This document shows, piece by piece, positions 34,248 through 44,770 of a DNA stretch of 58,725 nt. The position numbers and the translations under genes are program-made. The notes beneath the pieces were generated by a model. That model had not been told where the DNA came from, did no database searches, and saw only the letters and a program-made list of their open reading frames with translations. Location: assembly GCA_964628095.1 (NCBI GenBank), contig CAZVLR010000004.1:1-58725 (forward strand), in the 5' to 3' direction. This DNA comes from an uncultured Candidatus Saccharibacteria bacterium (GTDB lineage Bacteria; Patescibacteriota; Minisyncoccia; Minisyncoccales; CAZVLR01). How positions within the stretch are numbered: position 1 is the first letter of the stretch; the number at the start of each line of letters is the position of its first letter.

Positions 34248-36266
34248 ATGAACTCTAATATCATCCGGGATTTTTTATCGTTGTTTAAAATCCAGAAATG
34301 GCCCTTAAAAAACCAGTGGAAACGGTTTTTCAGGGTTTTAAATAAAAAAGAAAAAATTGCTTTCTTTTGCTTTTTGACGGCTTTTTTAGTTGGCCTCTTT
34401 TCGCTGGGCAACGCGGTTTACAAGGGCAATACCAAAGAAATACCGGCCCAGGGCGGTAAAATTACCGAAGGCCTGGTAGGCCAGCCCCAATTCATCAACC
34501 CTATTTACTCCCAGTCTTCTGATGTCGACCGCGACTTAGTAGAACTGGTTTTTTCGGGCTTAATGAAATATGACAGCCAGGGAAAAGTAGTGCCGGATTT
34601 AGCTCAAAGTTACGAAGTAAAGGAAAACGGCAAGATTTACGAAGTAAGGCTGAAAGAAAATCTTTTTTGGTCGGACGGCTCCCCTTTAACCGCCGACGAC
34701 GTAGTTTTTACCATAAACGTTATCCAAAACTCTGATTACAAAAGCCCGTCGCGCGCCAGCTGGCTGGGCGTAGATGTGGAAAAAGTTTCCGATTTAACCG
34801 TCCGTTTTGTGCTAAAAAACGCCTACGCGCCCTTTTTGGAAAGCTTAACCCAAAAAATCATCCCGCAAAAAATCTGGAAAGACGTACCCGCTGAAAGCTT
34901 TACTTTCGCGCCTTATAACTTAAACCCTGTGGGCTCGGGCCCTTATAAAGTAAAGGGTTTAAAAACCGAAAAGAAAACAGGTAGGGTTGTTTCCCTGGAT
35001 TTGGTGCGAAACCCGCGCTACAACGGCGAACACCTAGCCTATATCTCTGAAATCTCTTTCCACTTTTACGACACCGAAGAGGAATTGATTAAAAATTACA
35101 AAAACGGATCGGTGCAAAACATCTCGCCCACCGCCCCTGAAAATATTAATAAATTAACCAAGTCGGGCCGCCTTTATACCTTCTTCCTGCCCAGATATTT
35201 TGCGCTTTTTTTTAACCCGTCTAACGCCAAGGTTTTAGAAAACCAGAGCATTAGGCAGGCTTTAAATTACGCCACCGATAAAGAAGAAATAGTTTCCGGT
35301 ATTTTTGCCAGCTACGCCTTAATTTCCAACTCGCCCTTAAACGACAGCTTTTACGGCCTGCAAGAACCCACTAAGAATTATGCTTTTGACGAGCAAAAGG
35401 CCCAGGATTTGCTGGACAAGGCCGGCTACATAAAACAGGAAAACGGCCTGAGAGTAAAAACCGTAAACAAAACTCCGGCTTTCCAGTTTAAATCAGACTT
35501 AAAAGAGGGCTCTAAAGGAAAAGAGGTAACCGAACTCCAAAAATGCCTAGCCAAAGACACCTCTGTTTATCCCGAAGGCAAGATTACCGGCTCTTTTGGC
35601 GCTCAAACCAAGCAGGCGGTAATCCGCTTTCAGGAAAAATACCACGAAGATATTTTGGACCCCCAGGGCTTTAAAGAGGGCACCGGTTTGGTTTCCAAGG
35701 CCACCCGGGACAAATTGAACGAAACCTGCTTTCCTTCGGGCCAGGATTCCTCGGCTTTAAAATTCACCCTTTCTACGGTAAACCAGCCCGGAATGCTGGC
35801 AGTGGCTAATAAAATAAAAGAACAGTGGCTAAAAATCGGCATTGAATTGGAAATTAAAACTTACAATATTTCCGAATTGGAGCAGCAGATTATTAAGCCC
35901 CGGGATTACCAAATTCTGCTTTTTGGCGAAGTGCTCACCGCCATACCCGACCCCTTTCCTTTTTGGCATTCAATCCAAAAGGAAGACCCAGGTTTGAATT
36001 TAGCGCTTTATGAAAATAAAAAAAGTGATAAACTATTAGAAGAAGCCCGGCAGCTGCTGGACGACCAAGCCAGGAATAAAAAACTGGAAGAATTCCAAAA
36101 TATTCTAATTGAAGACGCACCCGTAGTGTTTCTTTACAGCCCGGACTACCTCTATTTAACCGATAAAAACATTAAAGGCGTTGACGTAAAAATGATTACC
36201 GAGCCCTCTAAAAGATTTTCCCAGATAGAAAACTGGTATCTTAAAACCAAAAGGGTTTTTAAATAA
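34248..36266 (+). CDS. ABC peptide substrate-binding protein (family 5, OppA-like) with inserted PG-binding domain
   Basis: VPDLAQSY, WSDGSPLTADDVVFT, PVGSGPY, RQALNYATDK, PDPFPFWHS; PG-binding insert about 35481-35730. Confidence 0.85.
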   Translation: MNSNIIRDFLSLFKIQKWPLKNQWKRFFRVLNKKEKIAFFCFLTAFLVGLFSLGNAVYKGNTKEIPAQGGKITEGLVGQPQFINPIYSQSSDVDRDLVELVFSGLMKYDSQGKVVPDLAQSYEVKENGKIYEVRLKENLFWSDGSPLTADDVVFTINVIQNSDYKSPSRASWLGVDVEKVSDLTVRFVLKNAYAPFLESLTQKIIPQKIWKDVPAESFTFAPYNLNPVGSGPYKVKGLKTEKKTGRVVSLDLVRNPRYNGEHLAYISEISFHFYDTEEELIKNYKNGSVQNISPTAPENINKLTKSGRLYTFFLPRYFALFFNPSNAKVLENQSIRQALNYATDKEEIVSGIFASYALISNSPLNDSFYGLQEPTKNYAFDEQKAQDLLDKAGYIKQENGLRVKTVNKTPAFQFKSDLKEGSKGKEVTELQKCLAKDTSVYPEGKITGSFGAQTKQAVIRFQEKYHEDILDPQGFKEGTGLVSKATRDKLNETCFPSGQDSSALKFTLSTVNQPGMLAVANKIKEQWLKIGIELEIKTYNISELEQQIIKPRDYQILLFGEVLTAIPDPFPFWHSIQKEDPGLNLALYENKKSDKLLEEARQLLDDQARNKKLEEFQNILIEDAPVVFLYSPDYLYLTDKNIKGVDVKMITEPSKRFSQIENWYLKTKRVFK

Positions 36267-37234
36267 TGAAAGATTTAATTTTAAACTTTCCAAAACAGAT
36301 AAGCCTCGGCTTAAAAGCGGCCAAAGATGTAAAAACCGAGGGCAATTTTAAGGCGGTTTTAATTTGCGCCATGGGCGGTTCGGCCCTGCCCGGCGATATT
36401 TTGGAGTTGTATTTCCAGCACGAAAAAGTCAAAGCGCCTTTGTTCGTTAACCGCGATTACAACCTGCCCCACCGTGCTAATAAAAACCATTTGGTAGTCT
36501 GCATTTCTTATTCAGGCGACGCCGAAGAAACTTTAAGCTGCTACCTGCAGGCTTTAAAATTAAAGCTTCCCTTGGTCGCTATTACCTCGGGCGGGCAACT
36601 GGGGAAATTGTGCGATAAAAACAGCACGCCCTGGGTGCAGATACCGGCCGGCCTGCCCCCGCGCATGGCGCTGGGATATATGGCTTCGGCCCTTTTTCAA
36701 ATCTTAAATAACTGCAAAATAACCTCGGCTGATTTGGAAAAATTGGAGAATTTGGAAAAAAGCCTTGATGTCAAAAACCTGGAGCTAGCGGGTAAAAATT
36801 TAGCCAAGAAAATTAAAAGCGAGATTCCGCTAATTTACGCTTCCTGGCAGAATAAGTCCCTGGCCCGAATTTGGAAAATCTTGTTTAATGAAAATTCAAA
36901 AATCCCGGCCTATTACAACTGCTTTCCCGAGCTAAACCACAATGAAATATCTTTTTTGGAAAGCCCCTTGACCAAATTCCAAATATTCCTTTTAAAAGAA
37001 ATTAATGAATCCCAAAAAATTGAAAAAAGAATGGAATTGACCGAAAAAATCGCAAAGCGGCAGGGCGCCGGCTTTGAAACAATTACTTTGGAAGGCAAAA
37101 ATATCTTTGAAAAAATATTCTCAAATATTATATTAGCTTATTGGACAAGCTACTATACCGCTCTTTTTTTAGAAAAAGATCCGATTGAGACCAAGTTGCA
37201 GGACGAAGTGAAAAATGAAATGCAGAAAAACTAA
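36266..37234 (+). CDS. Bifunctional phosphoglucose/phosphomannose isomerase (SIS family)
   Basis: AMGGSALPG, ISYSG..EET, ITSGG.L, PPRMA, NENSK, FPELNHNE. Confidence 0.88.
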   Translation: MKDLILNFPKQISLGLKAAKDVKTEGNFKAVLICAMGGSALPGDILELYFQHEKVKAPLFVNRDYNLPHRANKNHLVVCISYSGDAEETLSCYLQALKLKLPLVAITSGGQLGKLCDKNSTPWVQIPAGLPPRMALGYMASALFQILNNCKITSADLEKLENLEKSLDVKNLELAGKNLAKKIKSEIPLIYASWQNKSLARIWKILFNENSKIPAYYNCFPELNHNEISFLESPLTKFQIFLLKEINESQKIEKRMELTEKIAKRQGAGFETITLEGKNIFEKIFSNIILAYWTSYYTALFLEKDPIETKLQDEVKNEMQKN

Positions 37235-37320
37235 GCCCAGGTGGTGAAACTGGCAAACACGCTAGCTTCAGGAGCTAGTGCCGAATAGGCTTGGGAGTTC
37301 AAATCTCCCCCTGGGCACCA
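37235..37320 (+). tRNA. tRNA-Leu(CAG)
   Basis: Acceptor GCCCAGG/CCTGGGC-A-CCA, anticodon arm CTAGC-TTCAGGA-GCTAG, long variable arm, T-loop GTTCAAAT. Confidence 0.96.
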
Positions 37321-37398
37321 AATATTTAAGTTTTTCTCTCGCTGAACTATTTCAGCATAGTTTAAGCTTTAAATATATTAATTAATTAAAAATAATTT

Positions 37399-39075
37399 AT
37401 GATAACAAAAGAAAAAAATCTTAGGATTATTCCTTTGGGCGGCCTGGGCGAAGTGGGCCGCAATATGATGCTGCTAGAATACAACAGCAAAATTTTGATT
37501 GTAGATATGGGTTTTCGCATGCCCGAAGAAGACATGCCGGGAATCGACTACATTATCCCCAATACTTCGTATTTAAACGGAAGAGAACGAAACATTGTCG
37601 GGGTGGTTTTTACTCACGGCCATTACGACCACATTGGCGCTGTGCCCTATTTAATCGGAAAACTCGGCCGGCTGCCCATGTTCGCTTCGGGCTTAACCCA
37701 GGCCATTATCTTAAAGCGCCAGGAGGATTTCACCCACTTGCAAAAGCTCGACCTGGAAAAGATAAAAGACGGATCAAAAATTAATCTGCCGCCTTTTAGA
37801 GTTGAGTTTTTCCGGCAGAACCACAATATTTCGGACAACTGCGGCTTAATTATTAAAACGCCCGTGGGCAATATTGTGCATACTTCCGATTTTAAATTCG
37901 ATTCCAACCCGGTAAACGACTTACCCACCGATTACAACCGGTTAAAAACCATCGGCAAAGAAGGCGTGCTGCTTTTAATGTCAGATTCCACCGGGGCCGA
38001 AGAAGAAGGCCACTCGCTTTCAGAAAAAGAAATCTTTGAAAACTTGGAACACATTTTCCAAAATGCTAAGGGCCGGATTATTGCTGCGACTTTCGGATCT
38101 TTAATCAACCGCATTCAGCAATTAATAACTTTGGCGGAAAAATACGGCAGAAGGGTGGCCGTGGACGGCTATTCCATGAGAACCAACGTGGAAATATGCA
38201 AAGCTTTGGGCCATATTAAAACCAAAAAGGGCACATTAATCTCTACCCGAGAATTAGACCGCTATCCCGATTCCAAGGTCGCGCTTTTGTGCACGGGCGC
38301 CCAGGGCGAGGGCCAGGCGGTTTTAATGCGCATTGCCACTAAAGAACATCCTTACGTTCGCTTAAAAAAAGGCGACTCGGTAATCTTTTCCTCCTCGGTG
38401 ATTCCGGGGAACGAAAGAACTGTGCAGATTATGAAAGACGAAATTCTGCGCCAGAAAACCCATGTTTATCATTATAAAATGATGGATATTCACGCGGGCG
38501 GCCATGCCCAACAGGAGGAATTGGATTTAATGATCAAAATGATGAAACCCAAGTTCTTCATGCCTATCCACGGCCAGTATTCAATGTTGGTGGCGCATTC
38601 AGAAGTCGCCCAGAAAGCCGGCATGAAAGAAGAAGACATTATTGTGGCCGAGAACGGACAGATTATAAACATCAACGAAAAGAGAGTTCTGGTGGAAAAG
38701 GAAAAAACCCCCTCCAACTATATTATGGTAGACGGTTTGGGCGTGGGAGACGTGGGCGAGGTAGTATTGCGAGACCGCCAAATGCTGGCAAAAGACGGCA
38801 TGTTTGTAATTGTAGCGGTGGTGGACAAGCAAACCGGCAAGATAAAAGGCTCGCCCGATATTATTTCGCGCGGCTTTGTTTATCTGCGGGAAAGCCAGGA
38901 CTTATTAAAACAAACCCGAAAGAAAGTGATTGAAATTGTGGACAAGGCCGCGGGCACGGGCGGAGCGGTTAACTGGACATATATTAAAGACGAAATCCGA
39001 AACAAAATCGGCAGTTTCTTTTATACCAAAACACAAAGAAGACCGATGATTTTACCCGTGGTTATTGAAGTTTAA
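37399..39075 (+). CDS. rnj: Ribonuclease J
   Basis: PLGGLGEVGRNM, THGHYDHIG, DFKFD, TGAQGE, H..GH, RRPMILP. Confidence 0.95.
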   Translation: MITKEKNLRIIPLGGLGEVGRNMMLLEYNSKILIVDMGFRMPEEDMPGIDYIIPNTSYLNGRERNIVGVVFTHGHYDHIGAVPYLIGKLGRLPMFASGLTQAIILKRQEDFTHLQKLDLEKIKDGSKINLPPFRVEFFRQNHNISDNCGLIIKTPVGNIVHTSDFKFDSNPVNDLPTDYNRLKTIGKEGVLLLMSDSTGAEEEGHSLSEKEIFENLEHIFQNAKGRIIAATFGSLINRIQQLITLAEKYGRRVAVDGYSMRTNVEICKALGHIKTKKGTLISTRELDRYPDSKVALLCTGAQGEGQAVLMRIATKEHPYVRLKKGDSVIFSSSVIPGNERTVQIMKDEILRQKTHVYHYKMMDIHAGGHAQQEELDLMIKMMKPKFFMPIHGQYSMLVAHSEVAQKAGMKEEDIIVAENGQIININEKRVLVEKEKTPSNYIMVDGLGVGDVGEVVLRDRQMLAKDGMFVIVAVVDKQTGKIKGSPDIISRGFVYLRESQDLLKQTRKKVIEIVDKAAGTGGAVNWTYIKDEIRNKIGSFFYTKTQRRPMILPVVIEV

Positions 39076-39101
39076 TTTAAAAAAAGCCATAATCTAATAA
39101 T

Positions 39102-40079
39102 ATGCGCATCTTTTCGGGCGTTCAGCCTACCGGCGTAATCCATATTGGAAATTATTTGGGAGCCATTAAACAATGGCCCGAGCTTCAGGAAAAAAATGAG
39201 TGCATTTTCTGCGTGGTTGACTGGCACGCCATTACCGTTCCTTACGAGCCCAAATACCTCCAGGATTACATTTATGAAAAGGTAATCGCTTACTTGGCCT
39301 CGGGCATTAACCCAGAAAAATCCATTATCTTTATCCAGTCTCATGTCAAAGAACATGCGGAATTAATGTGGCTGTTAAACACCGTAACTCCTTTGGGCGA
39401 TTTAGGACGCATGACCCAATACAAGGAAAAATCTAAAAAGTTTAAAAACAACTTAAACGCCGGCCTTTACAACTACCCTGTTCTAATGGCGGCTGATATT
39501 CTTCTTTACCAAACGGATTTGGTGCCTGTGGGCCAAGACCAGCAGCAGCACGTGGAATTAGCGCGCACTTTGGCCCGGAAATTCAACCAGAAATTCGGCG
39601 AGACTTTTAAAGTTCCTGAAGCGAAACTCCCCAAAGCCGGGGCGAAAATTATGAGCCTGCAGGAGCCGGCAAAGAAAATGTCCAAAAGCGACAGCCCGGA
39701 AAGCTATATCGCCCTATTTGACGAACCGGAAGTTATTAAGAAAAAAATAATGGCGGCCGTAACCGACACGGGGAAAGCCGTAAAATATAACCCTGAAACC
39801 AAGCCCGGCATTTCCAACCTTTTAACCATCTATTCCCTCTTTTCTGAACAACCCATAAAAGAGGTGGAAACTAAGTTTAAAAACAAGGGCTACGCTGACT
39901 TTAAAAAACAGCTGGCTAACCTTTTAATAGAAAAAACCGAAGTGTTCCGCAAAAAGCAAAGAGAGCTGGCCACTAGAGAAGTTTACATTAATGAGCTCTT
40001 GGGCCGGGGCCAAAAAAGAGCCGAGGTTATTGCCCGCTCTACCATGGAAGAAATCCGGAAAAAAATGGGATTGTCTTAA
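39102..40079 (+). CDS. trpS: Tryptophan--tRNA ligase
   Basis: SGVQPTG..HIGN, YPVLMAADILLY, PVGQDQ.QH, KMSKS. Confidence 0.97.
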   Translation: MRIFSGVQPTGVIHIGNYLGAIKQWPELQEKNECIFCVVDWHAITVPYEPKYLQDYIYEKVIAYLASGINPEKSIIFIQSHVKEHAELMWLLNTVTPLGDLGRMTQYKEKSKKFKNNLNAGLYNYPVLMAADILLYQTDLVPVGQDQQQHVELARTLARKFNQKFGETFKVPEAKLPKAGAKIMSLQEPAKKMSKSDSPESYIALFDEPEVIKKKIMAAVTDTGKAVKYNPETKPGISNLLTIYSLFSEQPIKEVETKFKNKGYADFKKQLANLLIEKTEVFRKKQRELATREVYINELLGRGQKRAEVIARSTMEEIRKKMGLS

Positions 40080-40100
40080 TTTAAATTATTATTGAAATAA

Positions 40101-40126
40101 AAAACCCCGCCAAATAGCGGGGTTTT
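40101..40126. terminator. Bidirectional intrinsic terminator between convergent trpS and pmm/pgm
   Basis: AAAACCCCGC-CAAATA-GCGGGGTTTT. Confidence 0.85.
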
Positions 40127-40143
40127 AAGTTAAAAATTTAATT

Positions 40144-41487
40144 TTAGATTTTAATAATTCTTGTCAGCTCTTCTTTTTTCTCTTCCAAAAGCTCTTTGGT
40201 TTTAGCTTCCAAGCTCAGCCTTAGCTTGGGCTCGGTTTGGGAGGGCCTGACTAAAAACCACCAGTCGTCAAAATCCACTCTTAAGCCATCGATTTTTAAC
40301 ATCTTTCCGTTTTGATATTCTTTTTCTAAAGAATTAATGATAACTTCTTTATTGTTTGTTTCAAAGTTTATCTCGCCCGAAGTATAATATTTTCTAAAGG
40401 GCAGAATTAATTCCGAAAAGGGCTTTTGCTCCTTTACTATGGCTTCCAAAATCGTAAACAGGGCAAACAACGGGGCTTCGCAGAAATAATGGTCTCTATG
40501 ATAAAAATGTCCGGCAAACTCGCCACCAAATAAAGCATTTTCCCGCCTCATGGTTTCTTTAATAAAAGAATGCCCTACCCGATTTAAAATGGGCTGGCCG
40601 TTATTTTTTAAAATAGTTTCCCTTACAATATTTGAACAACGAATATCGTAAACAATTTTTTCTCCCGGGTTTTCTTTTAAAATTCTCTCGGCTAAAAAAG
40701 CTGAGGTTAAATCACCCCCTACAGCCTGCGCTTTTTCATCAATAAAGAAAATCCTGTCGCCATCTCCATCAAAAGCCACGCCCAAGTCTGATTTTTTAGC
40801 TAAAATTTCTTCTTTTAAAAATTTTAGGTTATCTTCGGTTAGAGGATCGGGGTTGTGATTGGGAAAAGCACCGTCAAGCTTTAAAAATAAAGGGTTAATT
40901 TCCGCCCCCAAGCTTTTTTTTAAATCCGGAACAATAATTCCGGCTACCGCATTGGCTGTATCAATGGTTATTTTTAATTTTTTAAAGCTTTTAAAATTAA
41001 AATTTTTAAAATTGAACTTGATATAATCTGATAAAGCATTCTTTTTTGAGATCTTTCCCTTTTTTGCTTCTTTAAAATCATTCTTTAAAGCAATTTCTTT
41101 TATCTCTAACAAGCCCGAGTTCTCGCCAATAGGAACGGCACCCGGCCCAACGAATTTAAACCCATTATACTGCCCCGGATTGTGGGAAGCGGTAATATTA
41201 ATACCGCCATCGTATCCGTAAAAACCGCAGGCAAAATAAAGCAAGGGAGTGGTAGACAGGCCAATATCAACAACATTGGCGCCCGAATCTATAATCCCTC
41301 TTGCTAAGGATTCAAAAAGAACATCTGAAGAAATCCGGTTATCCCGACCCACTACAATATTAGCCCCGGGTTTTTGCAAAAACTCAACCAAAGAAAGGCC
41401 GATTAAATAAGCGGCTTCCTCATTCACTTCTTCTGGATACACTCCCCTTACGTCGTAAGCGTGGAAAATACTTGGTTTGATTTTCAT
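40144..41487 (-). CDS. Phosphomannomutase/phosphoglucomutase
   Basis: AYDVRG, ITASHNP, FDGDGDR, GGEFAGH, RPSQTEP; start moved to ATG 41487. Confidence 0.93.
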   Translation of the reverse strand: MKIKPSIFHAYDVRGVYPEEVNEEAAYLIGLSLVEFLQKPGANIVVGRDNRISSDVLFESLARGIIDSGANVVDIGLSTTPLLYFACGFYGYDGGINITASHNPGQYNGFKFVGPGAVPIGENSGLLEIKEIALKNDFKEAKKGKISKKNALSDYIKFNFKNFNFKSFKKLKITIDTANAVAGIIVPDLKKSLGAEINPLFLKLDGAFPNHNPDPLTEDNLKFLKEEILAKKSDLGVAFDGDGDRIFFIDEKAQAVGGDLTSAFLAERILKENPGEKIVYDIRCSNIVRETILKNNGQPILNRVGHSFIKETMRRENALFGGEFAGHFYHRDHYFCEAPLFALFTILEAIVKEQKPFSELILPFRKYYTSGEINFETNNKEVIINSLEKEYQNGKMLKIDGLRVDFDDWWFLVRPSQTEPKLRLSLEAKTKELLEEKKEELTRIIKI

Positions 41488-41511
41488 GTTTTTATATTGT
41501 ATCATATTTGT

Positions 41512-42564
41512 ATGTCTTTTTCAGTAGGTATTGTCGGACTGCCCAACGTAGGCAAGTCAACTCTTTTTAAGGCTTTAACCCGGGCGAAGGTGGATATTAG
41601 CAACTATCCTTTTTGCACGATTGAGCCAAACGTGGGCATTGTAAAAGTGCCCGATTTGCGCTTGGAAAAATTAGCCAAAGTATCAAACTCAGCCAAAATA
41701 ATCCCGGCGATTGTAAGGTTTGTCGATATTGCCGGCATTGTTAAGGGAGCTTCCGAAGGCGAAGGCTTGGGCAATAAATTTTTGGCCAACATTAGAGAAG
41801 TAGACGCCATTGTCCAGGTAGTTAGATGCTTTGAAAACGCCAACATTATTCACGTACACCAAAAAGTGGATCCGGAATACGATATGGAAATAATTAACTC
41901 TGAACTGGTTTTGGCTGATTTAGAAACCGTTCAAAAAGTTATTAACCGCCTGGAAAAGGAAAATAAAAGCAATAAAAAGGGGCTGGCCGAGCAGTTGGAA
42001 GTAGCTAAAAAAATACAAAATAAATTAGCCGAGGGAAGGCTGGCTAACGAAACAGAGTTTAATTTAAAAGACGAAAATACCCAGATTATCTTAAGAGAGC
42101 TGCAGCTTTTAACTTTAAAGCCCTTTTTGTACGTGTACAACGTGTCCGACGCTTCAGCCCCGTTAAAAAAAGAGCTTGAAAGCAAAAGCCACGTAAAGCT
42201 CGACATTAAAATCGAAGAGGAATTAACAGATATGACCCCGGAAAACGCAAAAGAGCTGGGCATTAAATCAAGCCTTGACCAATTAATCGTAAAAGCCTAT
42301 GAAATTCTGGGCTTAATCACCTTTTTAACTACGGGCGAGGATGAAACCCGCGCCTGGACTATAAAAAAAGGCTCAACCGCGCCTATTGCCGGCATGGCTA
42401 TTCATACCGACTTTAAGGAAAAATTCGTGCGGGCCGAAGTGATTAAATGGGATAAATTATTGGAAATCGGCTCTTGGTCAAAGGCCCGGGAAACAGGCTT
42501 GCTGCGTACTGAAGGAAAGGATTATATTGTCCAAGACGGCGACGTAATCGAGTTTAAGATTTAA
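41512..42564 (+). CDS. ychF: Redox-regulated ATPase YchF (Obg family)
   Basis: [46 protein letters not shown]; start at ATG 41512. Confidence 0.96.
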   Translation: MSFSVGIVGLPNVGKSTLFKALTRAKVDISNYPFCTIEPNVGIVKVPDLRLEKLAKVSNSAKIIPAIVRFVDIAGIVKGASEGEGLGNKFLANIREVDAIVQVVRCFENANIIHVHQKVDPEYDMEIINSELVLADLETVQKVINRLEKENKSNKKGLAEQLEVAKKIQNKLAEGRLANETEFNLKDENTQIILRELQLLTLKPFLYVYNVSDASAPLKKELESKSHVKLDIKIEEELTDMTPENAKELGIKSSLDQLIVKAYEILGLITFLTTGEDETRAWTIKKGSTAPIAGMAIHTDFKEKFVRAEVIKWDKLLEIGSWSKARETGLLRTEGKDYIVQDGDVIEFKI

Positions 42565-42609
42565 CGGCTTGCTACTCCAAAGGATTTTGGATAAAATAAA
42601 GTAATAACT

Positions 42610-43617
42610 ATGGTAAAACAAAAACCCGTAAAAATAGAAAAAAAAGAGCTCGATAACGCGATTGAAGAAATCAAGCAAAAATTCGGCGAAGGGGCCATTA
42701 TGAAATTAAAAGACGTCCATGCGGTTGATATTGATGTAATCCCCACCGGCTCCATTTCCATTGATGTGGCTTTGGGCGTGGGCGGCATTCCCCGGGGACG
42801 AATTATTGAAATTTTCGGCCAGGAAAGTTCGGGCAAAACAACCTTGGCCCTGCATATTTTAGCCCAAGCCCAGAAAAAAGGCGGCGTCGGCGCTTTTGTC
42901 GATGCCGAACATGCGCTCGACCCGGATTACGCTAAAAAAATCGGTGTGAATATTGAAGATTTATTAATCTCCCAGCCCGATTCGGGCGAACAGGCTTTAC
43001 AAATTGTGGAAACCTTGGTCCGTTCGGGCGAAATCGATGTAATTGTAATAGATTCGGTAGCGGCCTTAACCCCGAGAGCGGAAATTGAGGGAGAAATGGG
43101 TGAATTTCAAATCGGACTCCAGGCCAGATTAATGTCTTCGGCCCTAAGAAAGCTTTCGGCTATTGTGGCCAAAACCAAAACCATTGTCATTTTTTTGAAC
43201 CAAATTAGATTGAAGATTGGCGTAATGTACGGCGACCCGCAAACAACGCCAGGAGGCTTAGCTTTAAAATTCTATTCCTCGGTCCGCATTGAATTAAAAA
43301 GAATCGCCCAAATAAAGCACGGCGATGAGATTATTGGCAACCGAGTTCGGGCCAAAATAGTTAAAAACAAGGTAGCCGCGCCCTTTAAAACCACCGAGTT
43401 TGATATTTATTATAACGAAGGCATTTCCGCCATTGCCGATGTAATTAATACGGCGATTAAGGAGAATATCATTAAAAAAGCGGGCAGCTGGCTGCAATAC
43501 GAAAACGAAAAATTAGGCCAGGGCATGGAAGCCAGTAAATCCTTTTTAAAAGAAAATCCCGCAATAACTAATAAAATTATTGAGGAAATAAAAAAAGGAC
43601 TAGCTAAACCTGAATAA
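42610..43617 (+). CDS. recA: Recombinase RecA
   Basis: [46 protein letters not shown]. Confidence 0.98.
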   Translation: MVKQKPVKIEKKELDNAIEEIKQKFGEGAIMKLKDVHAVDIDVIPTGSISIDVALGVGGIPRGRIIEIFGQESSGKTTLALHILAQAQKKGGVGAFVDAEHALDPDYAKKIGVNIEDLLISQPDSGEQALQIVETLVRSGEIDVIVIDSVAALTPRAEIEGEMGEFQIGLQARLMSSALRKLSAIVAKTKTIVIFLNQIRLKIGVMYGDPQTTPGGLALKFYSSVRIELKRIAQIKHGDEIIGNRVRAKIVKNKVAAPFKTTEFDIYYNEGISAIADVINTAIKENIIKKAGSWLQYENEKLGQGMEASKSFLKENPAITNKIIEEIKKGLAKPE

Positions 43618-43640
43618 GTTTTAATTAGTCCTGAGTAAAT

Positions 43641-43838
43641 TTACTTTTCGGTAAAGGGAAGCAGCCCTAAATGGCGGGCTCTTTTTATTGCATTTGATAA
43701 TTTTCTCTGATGTTTGGAACAAACACCGGTTCTTTTTTTGGCCCTGATTTTAGCAAGGCCTGAAATAAATTTTCTCAACACTTCAATGTCTTTGTAGTCA
43801 ATCTCTTTAATATTTCTTTGGCAAAAATAACAATTCAT
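43641..43838 (-). CDS. rpsR: 30S ribosomal protein S18 (Zn-binding C+ type)
   Basis: CYFC..IDYKD..L.KF..C.KHQR..AIKRAR..LLPF. Confidence 0.95.
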   Translation of the reverse strand: MNCYFCQRNIKEIDYKDIEVLRKFISGLAKIRAKKRTGVCSKHQRKLSNAIKRARHLGLLPFTEK

Positions 43839-43872
43839 AAATTGCTTTTAAATTTAAGTAATGTGTTAATTA

Positions 43873-44765
<893 letters not shown>

Positions 44766-44770
44766 GTTTT

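Noticed and set aside
37235-37398. tRNA used as an integration site for a genomic island
   Set aside because: No duplicated tRNA 3' end or integrase; the flanks are housekeeping genes.
41461-41511. N-terminal extensions in the ORF track (ychF 41461, pmm 41505; also 5387, 9544, 15928, 31573, 33540, 53920)
   Set aside because: They overlap neighbouring genes or promoters; downstream starts match family N-termini and promoter spacing.
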